Shown one piece after another: positions 1-12,300 of a stretch of DNA of 64,000 bases. The notes beneath the pieces were generated by a model. The model worked only from the letters and a program-made list of their open reading frames with translations. It ran no database searches and was not told where the DNA came from. The stretch lies in assembly GCA_043228905.1 (NCBI GenBank), contig JBHGNT010000007.1, forward strand, positions 1,178,001 to 1,242,000, written 5' to 3'. Each line of letters opens with the position of its first letter. Position 1 is the stretch's first letter. Source of the DNA: Azolla caroliniana. Lineage: Eukaryota; Plantae; Polypodiophyta. Both the position numbers and the translations under genes were made by a program.

Positions 1-2900
1 GCCCGCAAGATGGAGTTTGTGACCCTCTCCTCCGGAAGACAAGCCATCTTGGGTGGGACGCCGCTCTTGCAACACCAATTCAAGGAGTCGGGCCAAGGCC
101 TACCATACTTGGGAGTCCCTGCCTGCAACCTATTGCGAAGTAGAACCTTCCAACACCCCTTACTTGGCAAGAAGCTGTGAACCACCATTTTGGCAAGCCA
201 TGCTCGGCTCTGCATTAAGGGGTCTATGAGGCCAAGCCCCCCTTTGGCCCGCGGTTGTGTTAACCAATGCCATGACACTCTGGCGGCAACCATCAGGTTG
301 TCCTTACCTGACCATATAAAGCCCCTAATGGCAGCCTTAATCGCGCGCAAGCCTGAAGGATCCATAATCTAGCACGAGACTGAGTGCCACATGGTGGCGA
401 GCATCACTTGGTTCGCAATAAGAACCCTACCAGCAAAGGATAGTTTAGACCTGCTCCATTGGTTCAACTTCTTGCTTAGTTTGGCTTGCACAAGTGACAA
501 TTGCGCTCCCTTGGGGATTGCCCTCCCCATCGTAAAGCCAAGGTACTTGAATGTCGTCCCATCAGGGACCCATGCAAAAGCAACATGGGGATGCCACCTC
601 GGCTTCTCTTGTTCGCTGAACCAGAAGCCTTGGGTTTTATCCCAATTGATCTTGGCACCGACAGCTTGACAAAAGTCTTCAACAAGATGTTCAGCTCGTT
701 GCAAATTTGCATCATCGCCCTGCAAAAAAAGGACCGTATCGTCAACATATTCAGATAACAGAAGATCCTCAGTCACATTGGGGATGGGCAATCCCCTCAG
801 TCCTCTGCTTGGTGCTTGTAAGTAGGCTGAGAAAGCCTCGGTTACGAAGAGATAGAGATATGGGGCAGGGGACAACCTTGCCTCACTGAGCGATGTAGTT
901 GGAAGGCGGGGCCCCTTGCACCAGATACCAACACGCTACTGGTAGCAGTCCGATAGAGTGCAGAAGTGCAATTCGTCCATTGCGGGGGAAGGCTCATAGC
1001 TCTCATCACCCTTTCCAAAAAGGGCCATAACACCCTATCGTAGGCCTTCTCAAAGTCTAACATCAGAATAGCCGAGCTCGATGCGGTGCGATCTACCAAT
1101 GCCATAACTTCCCATAGAAGCAGCACATTATCAAAGATACACCTACCCCTGATAAACCATGTTTGATTCTCATGTATGATGTCCGGTAGGAAGCTTGCTA
1201 TCCACCTAGCTAGGACTTTTGCAAGTATCTTGTAAATCGTGTTAAGGATCGTGATTAGACGTCATTGGCGCAGCTCGAGGCTTCGCCTTGCTGCTTTAGG
1301 GATGAGATAGATCATCCCCTCCGCCAATCCAGTTGGCATCGCTCATGAGGACCAAATCTCTTGAATCCCGGCTTCCACTAACGGGATAACGGTTTCCCAA
1401 TGAATCTCAAAAACATCTCGTGAGAAACCATCAGGGCCGGGGCATGCTCCTCTTCGCAAATCTTGAAGTGCCTCCGAGAGTTCTAATCAAGAAATGGGGC
1501 TATCGAGCACAACTTCCATCTCATGGGTGACCTTGGGGTGAATGCAATCCATCACTCTCTCAGCCAACTCTGTGTTTTGCTGCATATGCATAGGTGCGAG
1601 CAGGTCGCGATAGTATTGGGTTGCTATATGCAAAATCTCATCCTTGTCCTCTGTTATTGAGCCATCTGGTTTGCGCAGTCCTTGTATATGTCCACCACCA
1701 CCCTTGGGTGCCCTGGAGTGAAAGAAATGACGGTTGACCTTGTCGTCTGTTCTAGCCCACCATGCTGCGGCCCTGCGAAATAGCATGTGGTTCTTCTCCA
1801 ACATCCTTTCCCGTAGCTTCAACTTTGCTTCCTCTAGCTTAGCTCTAGACCAATTGTAGCTAGGGTCTGCTTGTAGCAATCGTTGCGCGGCCGCAACGGA
1901 CTTCCGTAACTTTGTTTCAATGGCTCTAGCTTGCTGGAGGGCCAACTTGGTTTCCTGTTGTAAAAAGGAGGAGGAGAGGGCCAGTTTCTTTTGCAAATCC
2001 TCACTAGCCGATTCGCTTAGAATGGTCTCATGCCATATGCTCTGCAACCCTGCTTTCACCTTTGCACTCTTCATGATCTTTGTGGGGATTTTCATAGTGA
2101 GACTCCCCTTGCTACTACGGGGTGGGTTAAGGTCTAGTCTCATCGGCGGGTGATCCGAGAAGGTAAGACCTGCCAAGATAGCGAAGGAGCCCCCTAGCTC
2201 TTTGAGGGACGAGCTGATGTATATGCGGTCTAGCCGCGCAAGACTGCCACCCCTAGCATTTACTGCAGCTCAGGAGAAGTGTAGTGAATGAGAGCATCTC
2301 CTAAGGGAAGAGCCCCATGTATCCTTCACCCCAATTTTCCCAATTAGGAAAGCCCATGAGTCCAACTCTGCACCATGAAGCGGTCTTTGGGTCCCCCCTT
2401 TCCTATCTCCCAAATGCTCAGTCATGTTGAAATCTCTGGCCATTACCCACGCCTCTGCTTCAGGCAATGTTGTTGCTAACCTCCTCCAAAAGATTTCTCT
2501 CTCGGGGGAAGAGTTAGGGGCATAAATGTTTAGCACCCCAATCTGAAGGCGATTCCACTTCAACAACACATATAAGGCTCTACCTGCTACCAACGTGCCA
2601 TGTGATGTTACTTCGTAACGGGCCTAATCGCTAATCGAGATGCAGACCCCTCCTCTTTAGTGGAGGTCACCCTGTGCAGCCGACCACCACGTGGTCCATC
2701 CACCCGACAAGGGGTTTACTAGGTTTTGAGTTCTCTCTTGAGAGAGGTGGTGTTCCTACAAAAGCAATATGTCAATGTTGCCCCCTATATTAAGGGGATT
2801 CAACTCCTTTCGAAGTCTTTTGCACTCATGTTGTTGTCGGCCTCCACCAAGGCCCTGCACATTCCACGTTAGGATATGGAATGGGAGGGAGCACACGAGC
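1..2900 (-). mobile_element. Decayed LINE (L1/Tx1-like) ORF2: APE endonuclease, linker and reverse transcriptase; runs off the left edge
   Basis: Minus-strand ORF fragments: ILTWNVQGLGG, LNIYAPN, DFN and SDH (endonuclease, 2.15-2.9 kb); LDFEKAYDRV, VRQGCPL, YVDD and KYLG (RT, 369-1126). Several stops and frameshifts. Confidence 0.93.
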
Positions 2901-5114
2901 GAGACTCGGAAAGACCTGGAGTTGAATACCAGCCAGGGCAGAATGAAGTGATTAATGGAAGAAGCCGAGGTGCGACACACCAAGGCCGTCCATTATTCGG
3001 TATCAGCCGGTATATGGGTCGGAGGTGACGACGGCCTGAAATTGAAGGACTCCAAGTTCTGGTCAGTTGTGCTAGGAGGCCTGTCCACAATACTACTGAG
3101 GAAAGAGTAAGCAGACCGCGCACAAAAGTGGGTTCCGGAGGTCATGGGGTGGAATGACCCGGTTGAGGAAAAGACCAATTTCATGGAAGCGGCGTGCCAG
3201 AACTACAAAGTTTTGGTGGAGGACAAGCGAGCGTGGAAGGGTGGAGGAACCGGACCCTCTAACGTGTACGACACCTAGAGTGTGCCAAAGAAGAACGATG
3301 TCGGGACTTCCAGCTCACAGGAAAGGTTAAAGCCGACAGGTTACTAGCTGGGCACGGAGATAGAAAGAGTGACGGACTTGTAGGAAGTCCTCGAAGAACG
3401 GATCCTTGATAGCCAGGTGGAGTTGTCTCTAGGGATCACCAAGAAGGAGTTCCACGACTTCATTGTGGACTTGGTGAAGCGCAAGAGGCTCGCGATGGAG
3501 TCGGAGCTAGAGAAGGCTGATCAACACCAATCACGCGTCGAAGATACGCGCGGCTACGAGTGCTACGGAGGAACTACACGGGGCATGCCCAAACATGCGA
3601 GTGAAGGTTGGGGATGTCGAGATTGATCAACACTTTTTCGTGGAGGAGACTTCCTCACACCCGGTGATTCTCGGCGAACCATACATTACGACGGCCCGTA
3701 TGGAGACTAAAGTGTTGGACAACGGTTCGACGTATGCACGGGTGAAGAGCTAGGATGAGCGTCACTTCGTCCAAATCCTGACGGTTCGGCCTAACCACGA
3801 GCATAGTCGTGAATATCTTGGCAGTGACTACCGAGAGGATTTTTAAAGAGGGCTATCAAGGCGTGGGGCCGCGGTAGTCCGGACACCCCGGAGAAACCCC
3901 ACACATGTACCATAGGTAGGAAGTTTTGGTTCTCTGACAACAGAGGTTGTATGATAGCCAACATCAATAGCCGAGAATAGAGGCAGGTCAAATAGAGTGC
4001 CCTTAGCTCTGACGATGAGATTAGTAGTGCCATGGAGGCGGTCTCATTCGACGACACCCTTGGAGAGATCGGAAGGGTAGCCGATGAAGGCTTAAGTGAA
4101 GACCGGGTAATTCCGGTCAGTCCCGTGGAAATGTACGAAATCATTGCGGACTTCGGAGAAATGATCGGGTCAGGGAAGACAACCCAGATTGATACCAAGT
4201 ACAAGACTGTGGACCGAAAGGTGAGGATGGTCACGGCTCCCTTGCCGGAGGACAACGAGGAGTGGATGAAGGGGGTTGCGTCAGACCCATGCTTGTGGAA
4301 TTCAGCTGACATAGGGCACCGGTTCACCGACCAAACGCTACGGGAGCTGAAGATCGGTGGGGGTGGCTTCTTACTCCTGGCAGAAGAGGACCAATTTCGG
4401 AGGTTGCTCGAGAGGTACGGGAAGGCCTTTGCATTCTCATCAAAGGAGATCCGGTGCGTTGACCCGACCATTGTGGAGCTGGTGGTTATCTTCACTGTAC
4501 CACATGTGTCGTGGAACCTCAAGCCGATCCCAGTACCAAGAGCTCACATTCCGAAGCTAATGGAGCTGCTGAAGCAGAAGGTGGAGATGGGCATCCTCGA
4601 GCCATCGAGTGCCCCATATTCAAACTGGTGGTTTACGGTGCCGAAAAAGAACGACACATTGCGCTTCATTCAGGACTTGCAGCCGGTCAACAAAGTGACC
4701 ATTCGGAACGCAAGAATCGGTCCAACCATCGATGAGTTCGCAGAGGCCTTCACCGAAAGGTCGATCTATTCGGTTAGTGACTTGTACTCAAGGTACGATC
4801 AATTCCAGCTAATCGTAGAAAGTAGGGATATCACGACAATGCGGACCCCTCTCGGCTTAGTGCAGATGTGTACCCTTCCACAAGGAGGGACCAACTCGGT
4901 AGTGCACATGGTGAACGCAATGAACAAGGTTCTGAGGGACTGCATCTCGGACATCATCATGCCGTTTTTTGGCTATCCCGATCAAGGGATGTCTGGGACC
5001 AGATAGATGCCGAAGGTTTGTGGTGGATCATATCCGCGACTGCAAGAAGGTACTACAGGGGATCGAATGTGCTCGGCGCACCTTCTCCAGAGAGAAGTCA
5101 ACTTTCGGGCAATC

Positions 5115-5674
5115 TGTTGTAGGTTTTAGGGTTAGGGTTAATGGTAATGATGATTGGTGATGGAGATGGTGTGTTTAATGAGGATGATGAGTGTTATGGG
5201 ATTGATGGTGAGAGACGACAAGCATTGAGAAGCATTGTGGGGTGGGGGGTGGAGCCATTCTGTAATGATGATTGGTGATGGAGATGGTGTGTTTAATGAG
5301 GATGATGAGCGTTATGGGATTGATGGTGAGAGAGACGACAAGCATTGAGAAGCATTGTGGGGTGGGGGGTGGTGCCTAGAATGGCTCCACCCCCCTCCCA
5401 AGGGGGTTCAACGTTAAGGGGGAGGGAAGAGAGAGATTGAGAGAGAAAATGATCATTGTATTCATTCATTCCCCATATAAGGGGTTAAATAGGTACAAAG
5501 GGTAGATACACAAGGGTGCAAGTCCCTTGGGCATTCACACCTAGTCACTCACTCACACCTCTTTGTATCCACCACACTCACACTTACATTCACACTCATA
5601 ATCATATAAGATTACACATACATTAAATCTTTCACCCTCACTTATCAATCACCCATACATCTCATACGGTAACA
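5115..5674. mobile_element. Solo LTR inserted in the A1 RT
   Basis: TGTTG...TAACA termini; flanks CAATC and CAATT (5-bp TSD, 1 mismatch). Removing it restores the host FGQSEILV reading. It has an internal duplication of about 110 bp. Confidence 0.85.
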
Positions 5675-7284
5675 CAATTCGAAATCTTGGTGGGCGGGCA
5701 CTTGTGCAGGCCATACGACTGGAAATCGTCTCCAGCGAAGGTTGAGGCCATCTCTGCGATGGAGGAATGCAAGTTGTTCACAGAAGTCCAGAGGTTCCTA
5801 GGAACGTGCGCATTTTACCACATTTGGATTCCGCATTACGCGCACGTTGCAGAGCCACTCTACGGGCTACTAAAGAAGGGCTGTAAATTCGAATGGAATC
5901 AAGAGCACGCAGAGTCGGTTCGGAAGCTAAAGGAGGCACTGACAGCGGCACCGGCCCTCAGGAAGGCGGTCTACGGGAAAGGTACCCTGGTTTACGTGAT
6001 GGTGGACATAAGTCTGACCGGAATCGGCTGGGTGGTCAATCAGGAAGACACGGACGGCACGAGGTTCCCCATTCGATTTAGAGTGATAGTATTGAGTGAG
6101 TGGCAATGAGGATACGCCTAGGTTAAACGCGAACTTTGGGGTATCGTTTCGGCGGTTAAGGCCGACAAGGACTATTTGATCGGGGCAGAGGTAGTAATCG
6201 AGATAGACTGCCTACCAATCCTAGGTAGGGTTTCCGGATGCGCGACTCCGGACCTGACTATTCTCAAGTGGATCATGTACATTAAGTCCCTAAACCCGGA
6301 GATTCGACACATCTCCGGTAAAGACAATGCCATGGCCAATATGTTTTCAAGAGCGCGGTTTGAGGATGAGGACGACATGGTTTCGGAAGACGAAGAAGTT
6401 GGCGTGGATTTCTTCGAGTCAGGTCAAGTATCGGTGAGGGAGAAGAACACTCCAGCACTGAACGAGTTCAACGAGAATGAGTACGAAGGGGAGTGGCTCT
6501 GGATAGGTAGATTCTTGAGTACATTGACGCCGGACGTGGCATTGACGAAGGATGAGGTGGACAGGATCTAGAAGAAGGCGTATCGTTTCTTCTTGCGGAA
6601 TGGGTGTATATGGAAGCACCCTAAGAAGCGTAATGGCATTCTGGTCCGCGTAGTGATAAGGAGGGAATAACAGATGGTGCTGTTGTCGGAGTACCACGAG
6701 AGCCCTTGGTCTAGACACCGTGGAACGTGGGCCATGTTTGCGAAATTGAAGGAGAAATATTGGTGGCTGGGAATGTACCAGGACGTGCACCAATTCGTAA
6801 TGACTTGCGAGAACTGTCAAATGCATTCCATGGTCTGACATAGAGATGAATTGCGCCCGACCTACCCACCGACCGTCCACTTCAAGTGGGTGGTGGATTT
6901 AGTGACAATGCCAGTGGGGGTGGAGCAAATGCGATATATGGTGCTAGCGCGAGAAGATCTGACGAATCAGGTGGAGGGCCGAGCACTACAGAACAAGACG
7001 ACCACGGCCGTATGTCGGTTTCTGATCGAAGAAGTGATTTTCCAGTATGGGTGTAGGGAAGATTGTGGCCGATCGCGGGGAGTTGGATGCGCAAGAAGCC
7101 AAAGAGCTGTTTGACAGGTTAGGGGTTAAGCTCTCCCTCACTACAACATACAATCCAGAGGCGAACGGGAAAGTAGAGTGCGGACACGAACCGATTGTGA
7201 AGACACTAGTATAGGTGTGTGAAGGGCAAGTCGGGAATTGGCCGCGACTCCTACCTTACGCATCGTGGGCGAACCGAACTACGC

Positions 7285-7556
7285 AAAGTTCAGTGACTAG
7301 GTTCATGGCGGCAAAACTCATGTATGGGCAGAAGCCGATCATGCCGGTGGAGCACACAATCTCTTTGTGGATGGCAATCAACTGGACGGGCGAAATGAGC
7401 CGGGAGGAGCTGTTGGCGGCAAAGTTCAGTGACTAGGTTCATGGCGGCAAAACTCATGTATGGGCAGAAGCCGATCATGCCGGTGGAGCACACAATCTCT
7501 TTGTGGATGGCAATCAACTGGACGGGCGAAATGAGCCGGGAGGAGCTGTTGGCGGC
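7285..7556 (+). repeat. 136-bp tandem duplication in the A1 integrase
   Basis: AAAGTTCAGTGACTAGG...TTGGCGGC occurs at 7285 and 7421; the copies look identical. Confidence 0.93.
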
Positions 7557-8065
7557 GAGGATTCGACAACTCGAGCGGAGGCCGGAGGACGTAGAGAGGG
7601 CAAAGGCGAAGTTGTATGCGTCGTGGGAGAAGAGCAAGGACCGGTTCGACCAGACGCACCGATGAAGACCGAAGAAGATCGAGGAAGGCGACTGGGTATT
7701 GGTTTACGACAGCAGCCTCGACAACCAACACAAGGCTATGTGGAAATTTACGCGGAGATGGTTTGGGTCTTATGTGGTGACTAGCGTGAACAACAATGCC
7801 ACATACCACCTTGCGGAGCTCGACAGAACTATGATTGCAGTGCCGGTTGCCTGAAAGCGGATCAAGGCTTTCAAGAAGCGGCACGAGGGTGAGACAAACT
7901 CGGATTGCGAAGGCGAAGATAATGATCCAGAAGTAGCTGGTGAGGACGCTAGAGTCAATGGATTGGGGGACGACGGTTCGGAGAATGAAGAGTGACGAGC
8001 AGCCAGATTTCCCGACTTTCTTCTTTCGGCACATATTGGTGGATGTGCGGTTTGGTGGATGTGGA

Positions 8066-9318
8066 TGTCATGGTGAAATCCGGTGTCGTGAAGTTTTCCG
8101 ACTTTTGTATGAAACCGGGATGGAATGCGCAAGTCGGCAATGTGCAACATGTGCACATCTATAGTAGGAAAATGGTGTATAAAATAAGGGGGATAATTTA
8201 TCCCACATTGTAACGTCCCTCCCTCCTTGGGCTATAAAAGGAAGGGAGGGGTCTCTTGTGAAGGGGTTGCCTATTTTGAGTGAGAGAGGTATACCACTTA
8301 GGTCGAGGGTTTTTATTTCGGTTTTAGGGTTTCTCTTAGGGTTTCTTCGTCATCATCTTCTTTACTTTACGTATCCGGTTAGGGTTCCATATAGTGTTTT
8401 TGTTCGGCCTATGCGGCCATGGTTGTAAAGCGTTTGGTGTTTCTTAATATAACTCGTTTGTGTATCTTGGTTCCATCCATTCTATGTTATGTCCAATTCT
8501 TTCTCCTCCCCTCTCAAGCTAAGCTCCCATTCCCCCTCTACTCCCTAGTCCAAGACCCCCGCAGTCCCGCCTAATATCTTACACGTACTCGCAAAATACC
8601 ACGACACCGGCCATAGGGAGAAATAAAGTCGGATGCGTGGGATCAGGCGCTTGCATGTATATAGACAAACATAGCCTCTGGGTGTGGACACATGTAGATG
8701 ACGTAGGACTAATCGGTGCTAGGAACTAGGATTTAGCAGGTACCTTAAGTGTTCGCACGGATTCAGTGGGATAGGAGAATGACGTGAAGAGATCGAGGAG
8801 AATCTTGGTCCGAAGCGGCAACTTAACAACTTGATGTAACAACCCTCTTCCTCCTTAGTCTATAAAAGGAGGTAGAGAGGACTGAGTTAGATATAGTGCG
8901 TCTAGGGAGAACGAAGTGTTGTCGAACTGGGAACTGAGCGCCCGTTCTCTGTGTTTTCGGCTTGTGTTCTCTTAGGTCAGACGCCTCTGCTCATGTAGGA
9001 AGCCTGTGTGATCCTGACAGAGGCTCCACATTGTATTTTTTGTGCTTGGAGTGCATGCGTTTCTCACCGAGCCCATGGCTCGGCTCCTAGTTGTGCCGGT
9101 TGTAATATCTTTGTCTTCTAATCTATTGTGGGTATCTGTTTCTTTTGTTCATCTAGCGTGTTACTTCGATCCCGGCCGAGCCGGTTATGCCCTGTGCATC
9201 TCAACGCCTAGCAGCCTACACACCCTCCGTCTATCTTCTTCTTCCTGTTAAACTCTCCGGTCCGAGGCCCCCGTGGTCCTGCCTAGCTTCACACACACAC
9301 ACACGTAGTTATGCGACA
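8066..9318 (+). repeat. 3' LTR of A1, interrupted at 8084-8606
   Basis: Starts TGTCATG after the PPT; resumes CCGGCCATAGGGAG, similar to the A2 LTR start (CCGGCCGTGGGAG); TATAAAA at 8861; ends TGCGACA like the A2 LTR. Confidence 0.75.
8084..8606 (+). mobile_element. Solo LTR (family-A-like) inside the A1 LTR
   Basis: Perfect 7-bp inverted termini TGTCGTG/CACGACA; 4-bp TSD CCGG at 8080-8083 and 8607-8610; TATAAAA at 8233. Confidence 0.8.
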
Positions 9319-9332
9319 ACACGTTGTCGTGT

Positions 9333-12300
9333 TGTCGCACGTGCGTGTAGGAAATGAAGGTGGGACCGCGGGGGCCCTGGATCGAGGAGTGTGCGAAGAT
9401 AGAAGGAAAAGAGAAACTAAAGAGAAAGGAACGAGGGATGCCGGGTACCGGCAGGCACAACACTTGCCAACTCAAACAGGGACTCAACAACACACCAAAG
9501 ATAGACAAAGATTATATTCAGGAAGAATAGATTACCACCAAACAGAGACTACAACAAGGATTGATACCAAGAAAAACAGAGATAGGTGCTCGGTTCCCAG
9601 TCCGACAACACCTCCTCCTCCAAAACAAGAGTTTTTTTTAGTCTTTCTCTCGAGCCTTTTATAGGTAGGCAAGGGAGAGCTGTCACATCCAGTTACATCA
9701 TCATTATTCTCTGTCCCTTCGGACAGAGATATACATCGATTTGCTAACCTATTCAATTTAATTCGCCTACATCACGCCGACCTATCCCTAACTATTCAAT
9801 TTAAATGTTGATTCGTGTAGCATCAGTTCATGCGCTTGGACTCCCGATTACTCCCACGGCCGGTTTTCTTCATGACATCCACCCCCACCAAACCGTGCAT
9901 CCACCGGTATGCTACGAAAAGAGACAAATACGGGGAGAAAATTGGCCCGTGGTAAACCGTCGCTCTCTGAATCATCATCCGCTCTCTCTAGGTCCGGCTC
10001 GCCTTCGTGCCGCTTCTTGGACGCCTTGATCCTCTTCCCCGCCACCGGTACCGCTATCCGTGTTTCGTCGAGCTCTGCGAGATTGTAGGTGCTGTTGCTG
10101 TTCGCGCTCGTTATGTCGTAGGGCCTGAACCACCTCCTCGCGAACTTACACGTCACCTTGTGCTAATTGTCGAGGTTGCTGTCGTAAACTAGCACCCAGT
10201 CGCCTTCCTCGATCTTCTTCGATCATAGCTGGTGCGTTTGCTCAAACCAGGTTTTTTTCTTCACCCTTGCCTTGTGTAGCTTCGCCTTCACCCGGTCCAC
10301 GTCCTTCGGTCTTCACTCGAGCTAGCGGACCCGCGCTGCCAACAACTCTTGCTGACTCATCTCGTCCCTCGAGTCCATCATTGTCCAGGAGGAAATCGTC
10401 TGCTCCATTGGCATGATCGGCTTTTGCCCATACATCAGCTCTATCGGCATGAACTGGGCAAAATCCAAAGGAAAACATATTAGTGTAAACATGAGAAAGC
10501 CAATAAAACAATGGAACATGAAGAGATAAGTATGGTTATTATGGAAGAGACATAAGGGTGCATCTGAGGATAAATAAAAATCAAAAGAAGTGAAGAAAAC
10601 AAAATGAAATCGCATTGTTGTCGATAGATACTAACGCCTTCACGATTGGTCCACATCCGCGTTACACCTTCCCGTTTGCCTTCGGATTGTACTCCGTAGT
10701 GAGGGAGAGTTTAACCCCTAACCGTCCAAACAACTCTTCGGCTTCCTACACGTCCAACTCTCCCCGATCAGCCACGATCTTCCCTACGCACCCGTACCGA
10801 CATATCACCTCCTTGATCAGAAACCAGTACACGACCGTAGTCGTCTTGTTTTGTAGTGCATGTCCCTCCACTTGGTTTGTTAGGTCCTCTCGTGCAAGCA
10901 CTAGGTATCGCATTTGCCCTACCCCCATCGACATAGTCACTAAGTCTACCATCCACTTGAAATGGACTGTCGGCAGGTAGTTCGAGTGGAGCTCGTCTCA
11001 TTGCCGGTACATGAAATACATTTGGCTGCTCTCGCAAGTCGTCACGAACTGATGCATGTCCCGGTACACTCCCGGCCACCAATACTTCTCCTTTAGCTTT
11101 TCGAATGTGGCCCATGTCTCGCGGTGCCCGGCCCAAGGGCTCTCGTGGTATGCTGATATCAATGCCCTCTGCTCCTCCCCTCTCACTACTACACGGAGCG
11201 GGACGCCATTTTGCTTCTTCGGGAGCCTCCATATGCTCCCGTTTCGTAGGAAGAATCAGTACGCCTGCTTCCAGATTCGGCTTGCCTCGTCCTTCGTCCA
11301 TGCCGTGTCTAGCGTCAACGTCCTCAAGAACCTGCCGATCTGGAGCCATTGCCCGTCGTACTCGTCCTTGTTAAATTCATTAAGTGCCGGAATGCTCCCC
11401 TCCCTTGCCGTTACGCGAGCCGACTCGAAGAAGTCCACGCCAATTTATTCGTCCTCAGAAACCATGCCATCCTCGTCATCGAACCGTGCTCTCGAAAGCA
11501 TGTCGGCCATGGCATTGTCCCTTCCGAAGATATGTTGTATCTCCGAATTCATGGACTTAATGTACGCGATCCACTTGAGCATTGCTAGGTCCGGCGTCAC
11601 GTATACGGAAACCATACCAAGGATTAGTAGGCAGTCAGTCTCGATTATTACCTTTGTCCCGATCAGATAGGCTTTGTCAACCTTGACTGCTGAAACGATA
11701 CCCCAGAGTTCACACTTAACCTGGGCGTATCCTCGCTGCCGCTCACTTAGCATCTTCGCTCCTAGCCGGATGGGGAACCTCATGCCATTCTCGTCCTCCT
11801 GGTTGACCACCCATCTGATCCCCGTAGGACTCGTATCCACAGACACATACCCCCCCTTTCGTAAACCGCTTTTCGGAGTGCTGGTGCCGCGGTTATTACT
11901 TCCTTCAACCTTTGGACCGACTCCGCGTGCTCTTCTCTCCATTAGAAGTTATGCCCCTTCTTCAACAACCAGTAAAGTGGTTCCACAACGTGTGTGTAGT
12001 GCGGAATCCAGATCTGGTAGAACGCACACGCGCCCAAGAACCTCCAGACCTCCGTAACTGACTTGCATTATTCTTTTATTATGGAGATGGCTTCGACATT
12101 TGTCGGAGACGGTGTCCGGCCATAAGGCCCACCAAAGTGCCCAACCACCAAGATTTTGGATTGCCCGAAAGCTGACTTCACCCCGGAGAAGGTGAGCCCC
12201 GCACCCTCGGGCCTTTGTAGCACCTTCTCGCAATCATTGATGTGATCCGTCACGAACCTCCGACATCCATCTGGCCCGACCGAATCATCCTTATGTTCCA

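Larger units (their letters stand above)
3190..9318 (+). mobile_element. Ty3/Gypsy element A1: 5'-truncated, decayed gag end, RT, RNase H, integrase and 3' LTR
   Basis: RT motifs PYSNWWFTVPKK, RFIQDLQPVNKVT, LPQGGTNSV (4032-5006); RNase H (5687-6571); integrase (6851-7870); G-rich PPT at about 8053-8065 followed by TGTCATG at 8066; LTR ends TGCGACA at 9318. Left boundary is approximate. Confidence 0.9.

Noticed and set aside
8209-8583. TGTAAC...TTACA as a separate solo LTR
   Set aside because: There is no TSD; 8084-8606 has better inverted termini and a TSD.
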